A stretch of 64,000 bases of DNA from an uncultured Veillonellaceae bacterium (GCA_963805085.1 CAWDTA010000002.1:1792001-1856000), one strand, 5' to 3'. Positions 1 through 13,913 are shown, counted from the first letter of the stretch. Notes: generated by a model from the sequence alone, not told the origin. A program made the numbers and translations.

Positions 1-1
1 T

Positions 2-1039
2 GCTGATAAAGTAAGACGATTATTAGGTCTAGTAGGGCATGAGTCTATTGAAAAAATCGTGAGTCAACTGGCAGAGAAAAATAGCAAAGAAGTTTTGATG
101 ATCCTTGACGAACTTATTGCCCACGGAAAAGATGTAAAACAAATTCTGAGCGAGATTGCTTTATATATGCGTAGCGTCATGATTTATCAAGCAACGCAAG
201 ATATAAGCAGTATAGAATTGTATAGTATGGACGAAAAAGTCTTAATAAAACAGGCTGAATTATTTACACATGATGAACTTGTGAAAAATATTCAATTGAT
301 GCATAGTGCGATTAATGAAGCAAAATGGTCGCCACAGCCAAGAATTACGACAGAGGTAGCAATGTTAACTATTTGTAATCCTCTTACGGTAGCAAATGGT
401 GATACCGATGCATTGCTAAAGCGAATTGAAAAATTGGAAGAAAAAATTACAAAGTTAAGTGTAGCGCCTACTCACGTTGAGTCGGTTACAGCGGTTGTGA
501 CGCCTGCTTACACAGAACCACCACAAGTGAGAACACCACAGTACAATGCGCCAACTGCAAAAACGCAAGGAGCAGTGAAACCTGTGACGAAGCCAGCAGA
601 AGTTCCAGTGCATGTCGTTGAACCGATGGCGAGTGCTAGTACGGCTGATGCTAAGGCTGTTTGGGATCGGATGTTGAAAGAACTAGTTAGTACCGGCAAA
701 CGGTCGGTCTATGCATGTGTGTCGCAAGGTCAATTGCAAAGCTTTGAGCAGGGGCAGATGGTGATTGCTTTTACCGCGGCTTTTCCGAAAGAAAGAACGG
801 AAAAAAGTGACTATAAAGCAATTCTGGAAACGATCTTAACAGGACTTTGTAGTGCGCCAACGGTGGTTAGATGTGTGCAAAATTCTGTGGTGGCTCCACC
901 GCCTAAAGCACCGCCAAAGCCACCCAAACCTAAAGTGGAATTTGATGCTAACATGACGTCGGCAGAAAAACATGTGATAGATGAAGCTGTTAAAATGTTC
1001 GGTGATAACTTTGTAAAGAAAGAAGAGTTAAAAGACTAA
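2..1039 (+). CDS. dnaX: DNA polymerase III subunit gamma/tau, 5'-truncated by window edge
   Basis: Frame open from base 2; domain III-like segment (AKWSPQPRITTEVAML), Pro/Ala-rich linker and C-terminal domain; directly upstream of ebfC-recR. Confidence 0.92.
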   Translation, partial: ADKVRRLLGLVGHESIEKIVSQLAEKNSKEVLMILDELIAHGKDVKQILSEIALYMRSVMIYQATQDISSIELYSMDEKVLIKQAELFTHDELVKNIQLMHSAINEAKWSPQPRITTEVAMLTICNPLTVANGDTDALLKRIEKLEEKITKLSVAPTHVESVTAVVTPAYTEPPQVRTPQYNAPTAKTQGAVKPVTKPAEVPVHVVEPMASASTADAKAVWDRMLKELVSTGKRSVYACVSQGQLQSFEQGQMVIAFTAAFPKERTEKSDYKAILETILTGLCSAPTVVRCVQNSVVAPPPKAPPKPPKPKVEFDANMTSAEKHVIDEAVKMFGDNFVKKEELKD

Positions 1040-1121
1040 AATGGTATTTGACGATTACTGGCTATTTTGGTAGTCTTAAATAAGTTGTAAATAAAATAAT
1101 GAAATCTAAGGGGGATATAGA

Positions 1122-1457
1122 ATGTTTGGTGGAATGGGAAACATGGGGAATATGTCTGGTATGATGAAAAAAGTGCAGAAGTTGCAAGCCGATATGGCAA
1201 AAATGCAAGAAGAAGTGAAAAAGAGAACTGTTGATGTATCTGCTGGTGGCGGTGCAGTGAAAATTGTGATTAACGGGGAAAAACAAATTCAGTCCCTAAA
1301 AATTGATCCAGCTGCTGTTGATCCAGCTGATATTGAAATGCTCGAAGATTTAATCGCTGCAGCAGTAAATGAAGCAATTAAAAAAGTGGATGATATGATG
1401 TCACAAGAAATGGGCAAATTAACTGGCGGACTTGGTTTACCTCCAGGAATGTTTTAA
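1122..1457 (+). CDS. ebfC: YbaB/EbfC family nucleoid-associated protein
   Basis: MMKKVQKLQ...SAGGGAVK...[16 protein letters not shown] family motifs; RBS AGGGGG; between dnaX and recR. Confidence 0.95.
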   Translation: MFGGMGNMGNMSGMMKKVQKLQADMAKMQEEVKKRTVDVSAGGGAVKIVINGEKQIQSLKIDPAAVDPADIEMLEDLIAAAVNEAIKKVDDMMSQEMGKLTGGLGLPPGMF

Positions 1458-1459
1458 TT

Positions 1460-2056
1460 ATGCAATACATAGCGCCATTAGCAAAGCTCGTAGAACATTT
1501 TCGTGCTTTGCCTGGGATCGGGGCAAAGACTGCGTCGAGACTAGCATATCACATACTGGATATGGACAGTGACAAAGCAAAAGCACTGGCAAATGCCATC
1601 GTGGATGCGAAAGAAAAAATTGGCTATTGTAATACTTGTTGTAATTTAACAGATATCAACCCTTGCCATATTTGTGCTTCTACCAATCGAGATCAATCAG
1701 TGATTTGTGTTGTGGAACAACCGCGAGATGTTGCTGCAATGGAACGAATGCGTGAGTTCAAGGGACAATATCATGTATTGCATGGAGCGTTATCTCCGCT
1801 TGAAGGAGTCGGACCAGATAACATTCGTACGAAAGAATTACTGGCACGTTTGTATTCGGGGGAAGTCAAAGAAATTATTATGGCTACCAATCCAAACGTA
1901 GAAGGTGAAGCCACCGCGATGTATATTGCGAAGTTATTAAAGCCAATCGGTATTAAAGTAACGAGAATTGCTCATGGTTTACCAATTGGTGGCGATTTAG
2001 AATATGCCGACGAAGTAACGCTGTCTAAAGCGTTGGAAAACCGTCGCGAAATATGA
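1460..2056 (+). CDS. recR: Recombination mediator RecR
   Basis: LPGIGAKTA HhH, C4 zinc finger, TOPRIM ([12 protein letters not shown]), GGDLEYAD. Confidence 0.98.
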   Translation: MQYIAPLAKLVEHFRALPGIGAKTASRLAYHILDMDSDKAKALANAIVDAKEKIGYCNTCCNLTDINPCHICASTNRDQSVICVVEQPRDVAAMERMREFKGQYHVLHGALSPLEGVGPDNIRTKELLARLYSGEVKEIIMATNPNVEGEATAMYIAKLLKPIGIKVTRIAHGLPIGGDLEYADEVTLSKALENRREI

Positions 2057-2063
2057 CCGCATG

Positions 2064-2246
2064 TAGATATACTATGGACAGATAGGCAGCGGGTCGGCGA
2101 TAAGCACTCATCTGCGTCGTTACAGCAAGGTGCTGCTCGTCAACGTACATGAGTACGACTCCTTTGCAACCCCTTGCTGCGCCTAGCATCTGAGTACTTC
2201 TCGCCAACCGGCAACCTATCTTCGTACTAGTTTATAAGTGGAACGG
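2064..2246 (-). repeat. Structured interspersed repeat family A, copy 1 (~180 bp imperfect palindrome)
   Basis: Reverse complement aligns over its full length with 17674-17855; core motifs shared with 5910-6054. Confidence 0.9.
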
Positions 2247-2299
2247 GATTCGATATTGCCTATTCACCTATGTGAATATTTTTATTTTGTATACATTCT

Positions 2300-2333
2300 G
2301 GGCTGCTATAATTTGATTTATAGCGGCTTTTTT
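2300..2333 (+). terminator. Intrinsic terminator of dnaX-ebfC-recR
   Basis: GGCTGCTATAA/TTATAGCGGCT stem followed by T-tract. Confidence 0.7.
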
Positions 2334-2466
2334 GCGTATTTTAAGAAGAATTTTTACTCTCAATTAAAAAGCAAAGTTGTTTAGTTATCAAAGAAGCTGG
2401 ATAAAATAACACTAAGGGGGTAGGAAAATGAATCTTAGTATTATTTTATCAAGATTAAAGTCTTTT

Positions 2467-2495
2467 TCATATTTACATAGCTATTCCAATATAAT
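2467..2495 (+). promoter_or_regulatory. Putative sigma-E (mother cell) promoter of yaaL-bofA
   Basis: TCATATT-N14-AATATAAT, resembling the sigma-E consensus TCATATT-N14-CATAnnnT; bofA is sigma-E controlled in B. subtilis. Confidence 0.45.
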
Positions 2496-2526
2496 GTTGT
2501 ATAAGCATTTGTATGGAGGCGATTTT

Positions 2527-2802
2527 TTGATTAAGCTATATGCGCAAAGATATGAACGGCAACAAGATGAAAATGCTCGCCAATTACGCGAGGAGTTTCT
2601 TCATCTGTTAGAAAAAGCAAAACTTGATTGGCAATATTCTATGAAAATGCTTGCAGAAATCACCGATGTTGATTTGATAGACTATGTAATATACTTAATT
2701 AAAGCCAATGAAGCTAAGTATCGCTATCTAATTAAGATAGCAAGAGAAGAAAAAATCCAGTGTGAAATATGGCAAAAAAATAATTTCCATGACATATTGT
2801 AA
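2527..2802 (+). CDS. yaaL: YaaL/DUF2508 family protein
   Basis: TTG start after GGAGG; D.DLIDYVIY..KA.E.KY.YLI..AR motif; position between recR and bofA. Confidence 0.8.
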   Translation: MIKLYAQRYERQQDENARQLREEFLHLLEKAKLDWQYSMKMLAEITDVDLIDYVIYLIKANEAKYRYLIKIAREEKIQCEIWQKNNFHDIL

Positions 2803-2899
2803 ATTATGTACTAAAATATACAAGTATATAAAGTGAGTATTGCGCTGGATAAAAAATGATTATCTGTGTGTTCATCACTGAAAAATGGAGGTTATACAT

Positions 2900-3160
2900 A
2901 TGGAATTGAGTGTAATTGCAGCATACGTTGTAGGGATATTAGCAATTTATTTCATTGGCAAAATGTTTTTGATGCCAGTAAGATTGGTTTGGAAACTGAT
3001 TTATAATGGTATTATCGGTGGAATCATGCTATGGGTTGTTAACTTCGTTGGGGCAAGCTTTGGTTTTGCTATTGGTATCAATTTTGTATCCGCACTTGTT
3101 GCTGGTTTTCTTGGGATACCAGGGGTTATTTTGTTAATCTTATTTAAAGTGATGTTTTAA
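2900..3160 (+). CDS. bofA: Pro-sigmaK processing inhibitor BofA family membrane protein
   Basis: Hydrophobic 86 aa with IGINFVSALVAGFLGIPG motif; GGAGG RBS; B. subtilis-like synteny. Confidence 0.88.
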   Translation: MELSVIAAYVVGILAIYFIGKMFLMPVRLVWKLIYNGIIGGIMLWVVNFVGASFGFAIGINFVSALVAGFLGIPGVILLILFKVMF

Positions 3161-3215
3161 TTGAAGAAAGTATAGGATATGGTTTGATTTTGTTAGTAGA
3201 ATAGGTGTAGTGGGC

Positions 3216-3399
3216 AACAGATGATTTACAACGAAAATAACAAGTCGGCAAGAGACGAATCTCGGGGCGGTACTAATTACGAGACCGCAATGAAGGCTAA
3301 ACTCCCTTCGGTCAAACAGAAAGCCTTCAAAGCTACGATGTAGTTAAGATTCGTCTATGTTGCCTTTATTGTGACATTTTCTTATGTAAATCATCTGTT
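3216..3399. repeat. Structured interspersed repeat family B, copy 1 (184 bp, 15-bp terminal inverted repeat)
   Basis: AACAGATGATTTACA/TGTAAATCATCTGTT ends; nested IRs AGACGAATCT/AGATTCGTCT and GAAGGCT/AGCCTTC; aligns with 14615-14801. Confidence 0.9.
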
Positions 3400-3564
3400 T
3401 TCGTTTATTCGTCGGGTGAAAGAGTGTGAAACGACGACTCGTTTCAGTGGGCTGAAACATTGTGGATTAAATAGTCCGCTGGCTTATAAGAAAAGATTGT
3501 TGTGTCGTTCAATCATAGAAGTTTTAAACCTGTATAATGAATTTAAAAGTATTTAAAAAAGGTG

Positions 3565-3596
3565 TTGACATAAGGAAACAAACAGTGTAATATAAT
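3565..3596 (+). promoter_or_regulatory. rrn P1 sigma-A promoter
   Basis: TTGACA-N17-TAATAT(AAT) with A-rich UP element. Confidence 0.85.
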
Positions 3597-3663
3597 ACAA
3601 GTCGCCAACGAGATATGCGGACGACAAACGAAACTCTTCTTAAAAAAGAATTTCAAAAATGTG

Positions 3664-3693
3664 TTGACAACAACTTAAACGTTGTGTTAATAT
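3664..3693 (+). promoter_or_regulatory. rrn P2 sigma-A promoter
   Basis: TTGACA-N18-TAATAT, ~100 bp downstream of P1. Confidence 0.8.
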
Positions 3694-3724
3694 AAACGAG
3701 CTGACAACGCAAGACGTTAGCAAG

Positions 3725-3748
3725 TGTTCTCTGAAAACTAAACAATGT
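3725..3748 (+). promoter_or_regulatory. boxA-like site / 5' arm of 16S processing stem
   Basis: TGTTCTCTGAAAACTAAACAATG complementary to CATTGTTTAGTTTTGAGGGA at ~5642-5661; analogous pair at ~5765-5789 and ~9066-9086 brackets the 23S. Confidence 0.75.
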
Positions 3749-3904
3749 AGAAAAAATTAATGCCAGATGTGCACTGCACAGTTCTTCGTGAACTGTCAGT
3801 ATTAGCAGCAGAGATGCTGCGTCGCGGTTCTTGAATCGCGAGTCAATTTCTTTATTATAAAGAAACAAAGAATTTAAAGAGCCTTTTAGGCTTTCTAATA
3901 AATT

Positions 3905-5579
<1,675 letters not shown>

Positions 5580-5909
5580 AGATATGAAAGTTTAAATGTA
5601 CTTTCGTAATCCGAGGTCGACACATCTAATTAATTCATTTACATTGTTTAGTTTTGAGGGAATACGAAAGTATGAACTCAAAAAAAGTGAAAAGTAGAGG
5701 TTCCTTACTAACGTGCGGAACTAAGCGATTCACGAAAAAGCAGAAGCTTTTTGTTCTCTGCTTATGTTCTTTGAAAACTACACAGAAGAAAATAAAATGT
5801 ATTTTAAGTTTTAAAGTACCTCTCAGAAGTGAGAGTAAATTAACGAGCATTTTAGGATTCAAAAAGATTAAATTAAGCATTTAAGTATAACTTAATGGCT
5901 ATTTGATTT

Positions 5910-6054
5910 TAGTACAAAACTAGAACAGACTAGAAATGTACAGTTGCAAGGCGCACCGCAGGGAAAAGCGCGAGTCGTAATGAAAATTACGTCGAGTGAT
6001 TTTACCGAGGAGCAACGAAGCAAATGTGCGTTTATAGACGTGTTCGAAGAGTAC
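5910..6054 (+). repeat. Diverged repeat family A copy in the 16S-23S spacer
   Basis: Shares CAGwTGCwAGGC.CA ... GAGTCGTA-loop-TACGTyGA ... AACGAmGCArATG with copies 1 and 2; outer stem differs in sequence but still pairs. Confidence 0.7.
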
Positions 6055-6058
6055 GATA

Positions 6059-8991
<2,933 letters not shown>

Positions 8992-9100
8992 AAAAAAAAG
9001 CCAGACATGCAAGCATGTCTAGATAAATAAAAGATAACTAAAATGCAAAGAATACAATAATAAAACTTCTGTTTAGTTTTCAGAGAATATCTCTGAAAGA

Positions 9101-9216
9101 TCCAGTGACGATACCTAAGTGGTTCCACCTGTTCCCATACCGAACACAGTAGTTAAGCGCTTAGAGGCCAATGATACTTGGGTGGAAACGCCCTGGGAAA
9201 GTAGGTAGTTGCTGGT
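9101..9216 (+). rRNA. rrf: 5S rRNA
   Basis: CCCATACCGAACACAGTAGTTAAG core; terminal stem CCAGTGAC/GTTGCTGG. Confidence 0.97.
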
Positions 9217-9223
9217 TAAGATG

Positions 9224-9255
9224 AAAAGATTCAACTTCGGTTGGGTCTTTTTTTT
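9224..9255 (+). terminator. rrn terminator
   Basis: AAAAGATTCAAC-TTCG-GTTGGGTCTTTT followed by T-tract. Confidence 0.85.
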
Positions 9256-9296
9256 GTTGTGTAAAAATAAATGATATAGTATTATTCGATTATAAA

Positions 9297-9343
9297 ATAA
9301 AGGTCAACAATGAATGATTTTTATCATTTTTGTTGACCTTTAT
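9297..9343 (-). terminator. Hairpin, probable terminator of the HD-GYP gene
   Basis: 14-bp perfect IR ATAAAGGTCAACAA/TTGTTGACCTTTAT between convergent genes. Confidence 0.55.
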
Positions 9344-9376
9344 AATTATATTCTATTTAAATAATTTGAGTTAATA

Positions 9377-10501
9377 TTAATGCAAATCAGGTGAAAGTAG
9401 ATCGGTTAATTCATCTTCAGTAAGAACGCGTTTTATAGAGGTATTATTATTTTTATATAGATCCAAAAGGGCAGTTGCTTTAATTAATTTCTTTTTACTA
9501 TTGGCAATTAGCTGTACGGTAGGCCTTAATGTAAACCCTTTTTGTATATCGGTTACTATCGCATATTCACCAGTTGTCAATTGTACTGCTGTACCCACTG
9601 GATAAACGGCTACATTATCAAAGAAAATTTTTAGGAGATTTTCATCAAAATGCTTTTCTCCTTCTTCCATCATAATTTCGTAGGCAATATGCGGTAAGCA
9701 TGCTTCTTTATAAGGTCGGTCACTAGTCAATGCATCAAATACATCGGCAATGGCAACAATACGAGCATATTCATGAATACTGTTGGCGACAAGTCCACGG
9801 GGATAACCGCTGCCATCGTATTTTTCGTGATGCTCAAATGCTACATGCATTGGAACGACAGAAAGTTGTGTCGTTTTTCTTAATAATTCAAAGCCCAGTT
9901 CAGAATGGCTTTTCATAATTTCGAATTCATTATTGTCTAGCTGACTTGGTTTATTTAATATATCTAATGAAATTTTAATTTTGCCAATATCATGTAGTAA
10001 TGCACCAAGAGCTAACTCATCAAGTTGAGCCCTTGTATATTGGCACAATATACCGAGCATAGTAGAAAGTACGCATACGTTTACTGAATGTGCAAAAGTA
10101 TAATCGTCATATTTTCGAATATCTGTAGCTTGAACAATATAACAAGGATTGTTTAATATACTATTTACAATCACTTGGGTTGTATCAACAATGACTTCAG
10201 TATCTAAAGAACCTGTTAATTGACATTTATCAAAGGCTGCAGACAGATTTTTAATAGCGGATACTCTAATTTTTTCACTATTAATATCATCATCACTCAT
10301 ACTAGTGTTTGGATAATGAATCGTGAAATGGGGCATATTTCTTTCTATATAAACGCTAGGAATCTGTAAGGCTTCTAAACGTTTAATATAGATATCAGTT
10401 AGAAGCATTCCCTTGCTTAATAGTAACTGACCATCCGCGTCATAAATACTTCTGGCAATCTTCATGCCAACTTTTAAGTTTTCTGTAGATATTTTTTGCA
10501 T
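9377..10501 (-). CDS. HD-GYP domain cyclic dinucleotide phosphodiesterase
   Basis: YTFAHSVNV, LLHDIGK, HHEKYDGSGYP, ADVFDALTSDRPY motifs intact. Confidence 0.95.
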   Translation of the reverse strand: MQKISTENLKVGMKIARSIYDADGQLLLSKGMLLTDIYIKRLEALQIPSVYIERNMPHFTIHYPNTSMSDDDINSEKIRVSAIKNLSAAFDKCQLTGSLDTEVIVDTTQVIVNSILNNPCYIVQATDIRKYDDYTFAHSVNVCVLSTMLGILCQYTRAQLDELALGALLHDIGKIKISLDILNKPSQLDNNEFEIMKSHSELGFELLRKTTQLSVVPMHVAFEHHEKYDGSGYPRGLVANSIHEYARIVAIADVFDALTSDRPYKEACLPHIAYEIMMEEGEKHFDENLLKIFFDNVAVYPVGTAVQLTTGEYAIVTDIQKGFTLRPTVQLIANSKKKLIKATALLDLYKNNNTSIKRVLTEDELTDLLSPDLH

Positions 10502-10666
10502 TCAATTAACACCTTCACGATAATAATTCCTAAATTTTAACGCTTCTTATGTCATTATATTATGAAACTTGTTGTTTTAGCAAGAAATTCTAGTTTTTTT
10601 GTATTGCTACATAAAATATAAGCCATCGGTAATAATAAAAATATCAATATAAGGAGAGGTGACAAC

Positions 10667-11761
10667 ATGTTTTATAGAAAAAAATCAAGTGTATTTATAG
10701 TTTTAATGCTCAATGTATTTCTCTTAATTACGATGATTGGTTGTGATTTAAATACACGAGACTCCAAAGTTGAGCCAGATCAAGCATCACAATGGTTAAA
10801 AGGAATCGTCGGTGATTTAAAGCCGCAGAAACGTATCGTGTTAGGCTATTATGAAAATCCTTGGAAAGGAGCCAGCGATGTTACGGGATCTTATCCTAGT
10901 TTACAATCATTTTCTAGTAGTCTTTCAGCTGTTGGACCTTTTTGGTATAAGATAGCGAAGGATGGTTCTATAGAGACAAAGGAAAGTAAGGCGGCCTATG
11001 ATACGATGCAGCAACTTGGTTTAAAAGTTTATCCGTTAGTAACGAATAAAAGTGAAGCAACGGATAGCATTCTTGGTAACGAAAATATTAGGACGATTGC
11101 AACCGATAATATTGTAAAAGTTGTTAAGGATAATGGCTATGATGGAATCAATGTCGATTTTGAATTACTTGATCCAATTCATAGAAAAAATTTAACAGCT
11201 TTTATGGAAGAATTGTATCCTAAATTAAAGGCCATTAACAAAACAGTAATTATATCAGTTTTCCCACAAGTTGAAGTACATGAGTCAGTTTCAGGCGCTT
11301 ATGATTATCCTCAATTGGCAAATTGTACAGACTATATACAGATTATGACTTATGATAAGCATTGGTCAACCTCTGAGCCAGGGGCAATAGCACCAATTGA
11401 CTGGTATGAAAAAAACATCCAATATGCAATTGATAAATGTGGTGGAGCAAATAAGGTACTGGTTGGAGTCGGTGCTTATGGCTACGATTGGGACTCAAAT
11501 AAAAATGGTGAAACAATTACCTATGGTAGTGCCATGGCTTTAGCCGAGAAAAAAGGTGCACAGGTAAAGTATGATGAAACAGTAGAGGCCCCTTATTTTA
11601 AATATGATGATCATGAAGTTTGGTTTGAAAATGCTAGGAGTACAGCAGCTAAACTAAAGGTTATTGCTAAGTATAATCCAGCAGGAATTGCGATTTGGCG
11701 ACTTGGCCAAGAACAACCAGAAATGTGGAAAGAAATAGATCAAATATTCCCTAAAATGTGA
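10667..11761 (+). CDS. Glycoside hydrolase family 18 (YdhD/SleL-like), probable lipoprotein
   Basis: DGINVDFE catalytic motif, IMTYD, IAIWRLGQE; signal peptide ending MIGC; no LysM domains. Confidence 0.88.
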   Translation: MFYRKKSSVFIVLMLNVFLLITMIGCDLNTRDSKVEPDQASQWLKGIVGDLKPQKRIVLGYYENPWKGASDVTGSYPSLQSFSSSLSAVGPFWYKIAKDGSIETKESKAAYDTMQQLGLKVYPLVTNKSEATDSILGNENIRTIATDNIVKVVKDNGYDGINVDFELLDPIHRKNLTAFMEELYPKLKAINKTVIISVFPQVEVHESVSGAYDYPQLANCTDYIQIMTYDKHWSTSEPGAIAPIDWYEKNIQYAIDKCGGANKVLVGVGAYGYDWDSNKNGETITYGSAMALAEKKGAQVKYDETVEAPYFKYDDHEVWFENARSTAAKLKVIAKYNPAGIAIWRLGQEQPEMWKEIDQIFPKM

Positions 11762-11804
11762 TAATTAAATGCTAAAAAAGTAGTAACTATTATTGAATAA
11801 AAGA

Positions 11805-11834
11805 TTGACGAAGTAAGTAGATATTTGATATACT
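11805..11834 (+). promoter_or_regulatory. Putative sigma-A promoter of the LCP gene
   Basis: TTGACG-N18-TATACT with extended -10 TG. Confidence 0.55.
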
Positions 11835-11835
11835 A

Positions 11836-11870
11836 AGCAAAGCCCCAAGCATAGGGGCTTTGTTTGTTTT
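11836..11870 (+). terminator. Intrinsic terminator after the GH18 gene
   Basis: AGCAAAGCCCC/GGGGCTTTGTT stem plus T-rich tail. Confidence 0.7.
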
Positions 11871-11902
11871 ATTTATGACGAAAATTTTATGATAAAAAGG
11901 AG

Positions 11903-13306
11903 GTGCGCTTATTGAGTTCTTTGCAAGAACGCGTTGAAAAGCAAAGAAAAAATCGTAGTAGGCGTATACTCACTATAGTGCTAGTCTTATTTGTATTTAT
12001 GGCTACTGTAGGAGCATCTTATTATTGGTTTGATTCAAAGTTTTTTGGCAATAAACGTAGTGCTGATAGTGGCATGATGGTAGCCCAGGATAAAATGACT
12101 GTTATGATTATGGGGGTAGATAGTCGGGCTGATGATGTCGGTCGTTCCGATACATTAATGGTTGCGACGGTTGATCCCAATAAAAAGGAAGCCGCATTAT
12201 TATCCATACCGCGTGATACTCGAGTAAAGATAGCAGGGCATGGCTATGATAAAATTAATCATGCATATGCGTTTGGTGGGCATAAGTTATCCAAGGATAC
12301 AGTCGAAGGATTAATTGGGGTGCCAATTGATTATTATATTCTCATTGACATCAAAGCGTTTTCAAGAATTATCGATGCAATTGGTGGCATTGATATTGAT
12401 GTTGAAAAACGTATGTATTATGAAGATCCTTATGATGATAGTGAAGGACATCCACTAGTTATTAATCTACGCCCTGGTATGCAGCACATGAATGGTGAAA
12501 CAGCAATTCAATACGTTCGCTATCGTGACGAAGAAGGCGATATTGGTCGTATTTCGCGGCAGCAAAAGTTTATGAAAGCAGTCTTGGACAAACTGGCAAC
12601 GCCGAGTATTATCCCTAAGTTACCAGCGATTATTCAAGAAATTAGTTCGGCAGTTAAAACGGATATGTCAGTTAGTAAAATGATTAGTTTGGCAGGTATT
12701 ATAAAGGATGCCAAAGAAAAAGGTCTAAAGACGACAATGGTGCCTGGTAAGCCGGCTTATATTGATGATATTAGTTATTGGTTACCAGATGTTGTTGCAT
12801 TGCGTAAAGCATTAGCAGAAACGCTTGATGTAAAAATGGATGACAAAGTTGCCAACGCAATGAAACAACAAGCTGTAGAATATGAAACTTCGATTCCGAA
12901 AGAAATGAAGATTTTGGATACACCGAAAGAGATCAAGAAAACTACAGACCAAGCAAAAGATAAGACAAAAGATGAAAAAACTAAGGAAACTAGTAAAGAC
13001 AAACCCGACAATAAGAAAACAGCTAGTAAAGCACCTTCTACCATTAGAGTTGAAGTTGTCAATGCCAGTGGTATCGATGGTGCAGGTGCTGAAGTTGCAG
13101 CTATATTAAAGCGACAAGGCTTTGTTGTAAGTGGCGTGTCGACATTAACGGCTCCATATAAAAATACGGTAGTCATGGCCAATACCTCCAATGAGGCAGT
13201 GGTAGGTAAGTTCAGTGGGTTACCGTTTAGCTATTCCTTACAAGCGAATGACTCTAGTGATGGCAGTCAAGCGACGGTTATCATTGGGAAAGATTACGCT
13301 AAATAA
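11903..13306 (+). CDS. LCP (LytR-CpsA-Psr) family protein with LytR C-terminal domain
   Basis: N-terminal TM; GRSDT, SIPRDT, YVRYR...DIGRISRQQ; C-terminal VEVVNASGIDG...IIGKDY. Confidence 0.95.
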   Translation: MRLLSSLQERVEKQRKNRSRRILTIVLVLFVFMATVGASYYWFDSKFFGNKRSADSGMMVAQDKMTVMIMGVDSRADDVGRSDTLMVATVDPNKKEAALLSIPRDTRVKIAGHGYDKINHAYAFGGHKLSKDTVEGLIGVPIDYYILIDIKAFSRIIDAIGGIDIDVEKRMYYEDPYDDSEGHPLVINLRPGMQHMNGETAIQYVRYRDEEGDIGRISRQQKFMKAVLDKLATPSIIPKLPAIIQEISSAVKTDMSVSKMISLAGIIKDAKEKGLKTTMVPGKPAYIDDISYWLPDVVALRKALAETLDVKMDDKVANAMKQQAVEYETSIPKEMKILDTPKEIKKTTDQAKDKTKDEKTKETSKDKPDNKKTASKAPSTIRVEVVNASGIDGAGAEVAAILKRQGFVVSGVSTLTAPYKNTVVMANTSNEAVVGKFSGLPFSYSLQANDSSDGSQATVIIGKDYAK

Positions 13307-13307
13307 A

Positions 13308-13354
13308 TAAAACCCGGGCGTTATACGAAATTTTGTATAGTGCTCGGGTTTTTT
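13308..13354 (+). terminator. Intrinsic terminator
   Basis: AAAACCCGGGCG.../...TGCTCGGGTTTTTT long stem. Confidence 0.75.
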
Positions 13355-13433
13355 ATGTATAGGAATACGCTGTAGTAGCATTTTTATTTTTTCAGCATAC
13401 CCTATTATAACTATAGCAAAAGGGGGCGATCAT

Positions 13434-13913
13434 GTGGTTTTAACCTATGGTATGAGTATACTGTTAATATCGTTTGCTATTTTTGGCTTATGGTGTTTTA
13501 GTAAAGAGCTATGGTCTTGGCTGATTGCACCTTATATTGGGACGGTACCAAGCATTAGCTTTATTATTGTAGTCAAAAATATTGAGCAGGATATCGAAGA
13601 GATGCTCAGACACCTTGTGCTAGAAATGGAAATGGCGGATATTGAGTGTGATGTGGTAATTTTAGACTGCAATTCTTGTGATTTGACCTATCCAATTATT
13701 GAGCGTTTGAGTAAAGAATTTGAGCAACTTACTGCGGTACATTCGCAGAAACCAACGATCGCTGTAGAGGATGCATTGCCGTACTGTATAGGAACCATAG
13801 TACATGTCATTGATACGGTAAATCGAATTGATGTAAACCAATTTATTTCTATTATTTGTTGGTTAATGAAGCAGTCAAGTGAAAAGATAGTATTGCCGAA
13901 ATATTATATATAA
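13434..13913 (+). CDS. Membrane-anchored hypothetical protein with truncated GT2-like fold
   Basis: N-terminal TM, then SFIIVVKNIEQDIE...VVILDCNSCDLT resembling a GT-A N-terminal half; RBS AGGGGG. Confidence 0.65.
   Translation: MVLTYGMSILLISFAIFGLWCFSKELWSWLIAPYIGTVPSISFIIVVKNIEQDIEEMLRHLVLEMEMADIECDVVILDCNSCDLTYPIIERLSKEFEQLTAVHSQKPTIAVEDALPYCIGTIVHVIDTVNRIDVNQFISIICWLMKQSSEKIVLPKYYI

Noticed and set aside
800-810. AAAAAAG followed by TGA in dnaX, resembling the E. coli gamma/tau -1 frameshift site
   Set aside because: Codon phase is GAA AAA AGT, not A AAA AAG, and no stimulatory hairpin follows
2428-2526. 5' extensions in the ORF track (2428; also 20850, 21380, 22179, 41871, 55742)
   Set aside because: Downstream starts have better RBS and match family N-termini
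3216-3399. Family B as 6S RNA or c-di-GMP riboswitch
   Set aside because: Size fits 6S, but three dispersed copies including a deleted one indicate a repeat; the GNRA/receptor architecture of the c-di-GMP-I motif is not evident. An Rfam search would be decisive
13375-13403. Sigma-E promoter (GCATTTT...CATACCCT) for the 13434 gene
   Set aside because: Spacer about 3 bp too short
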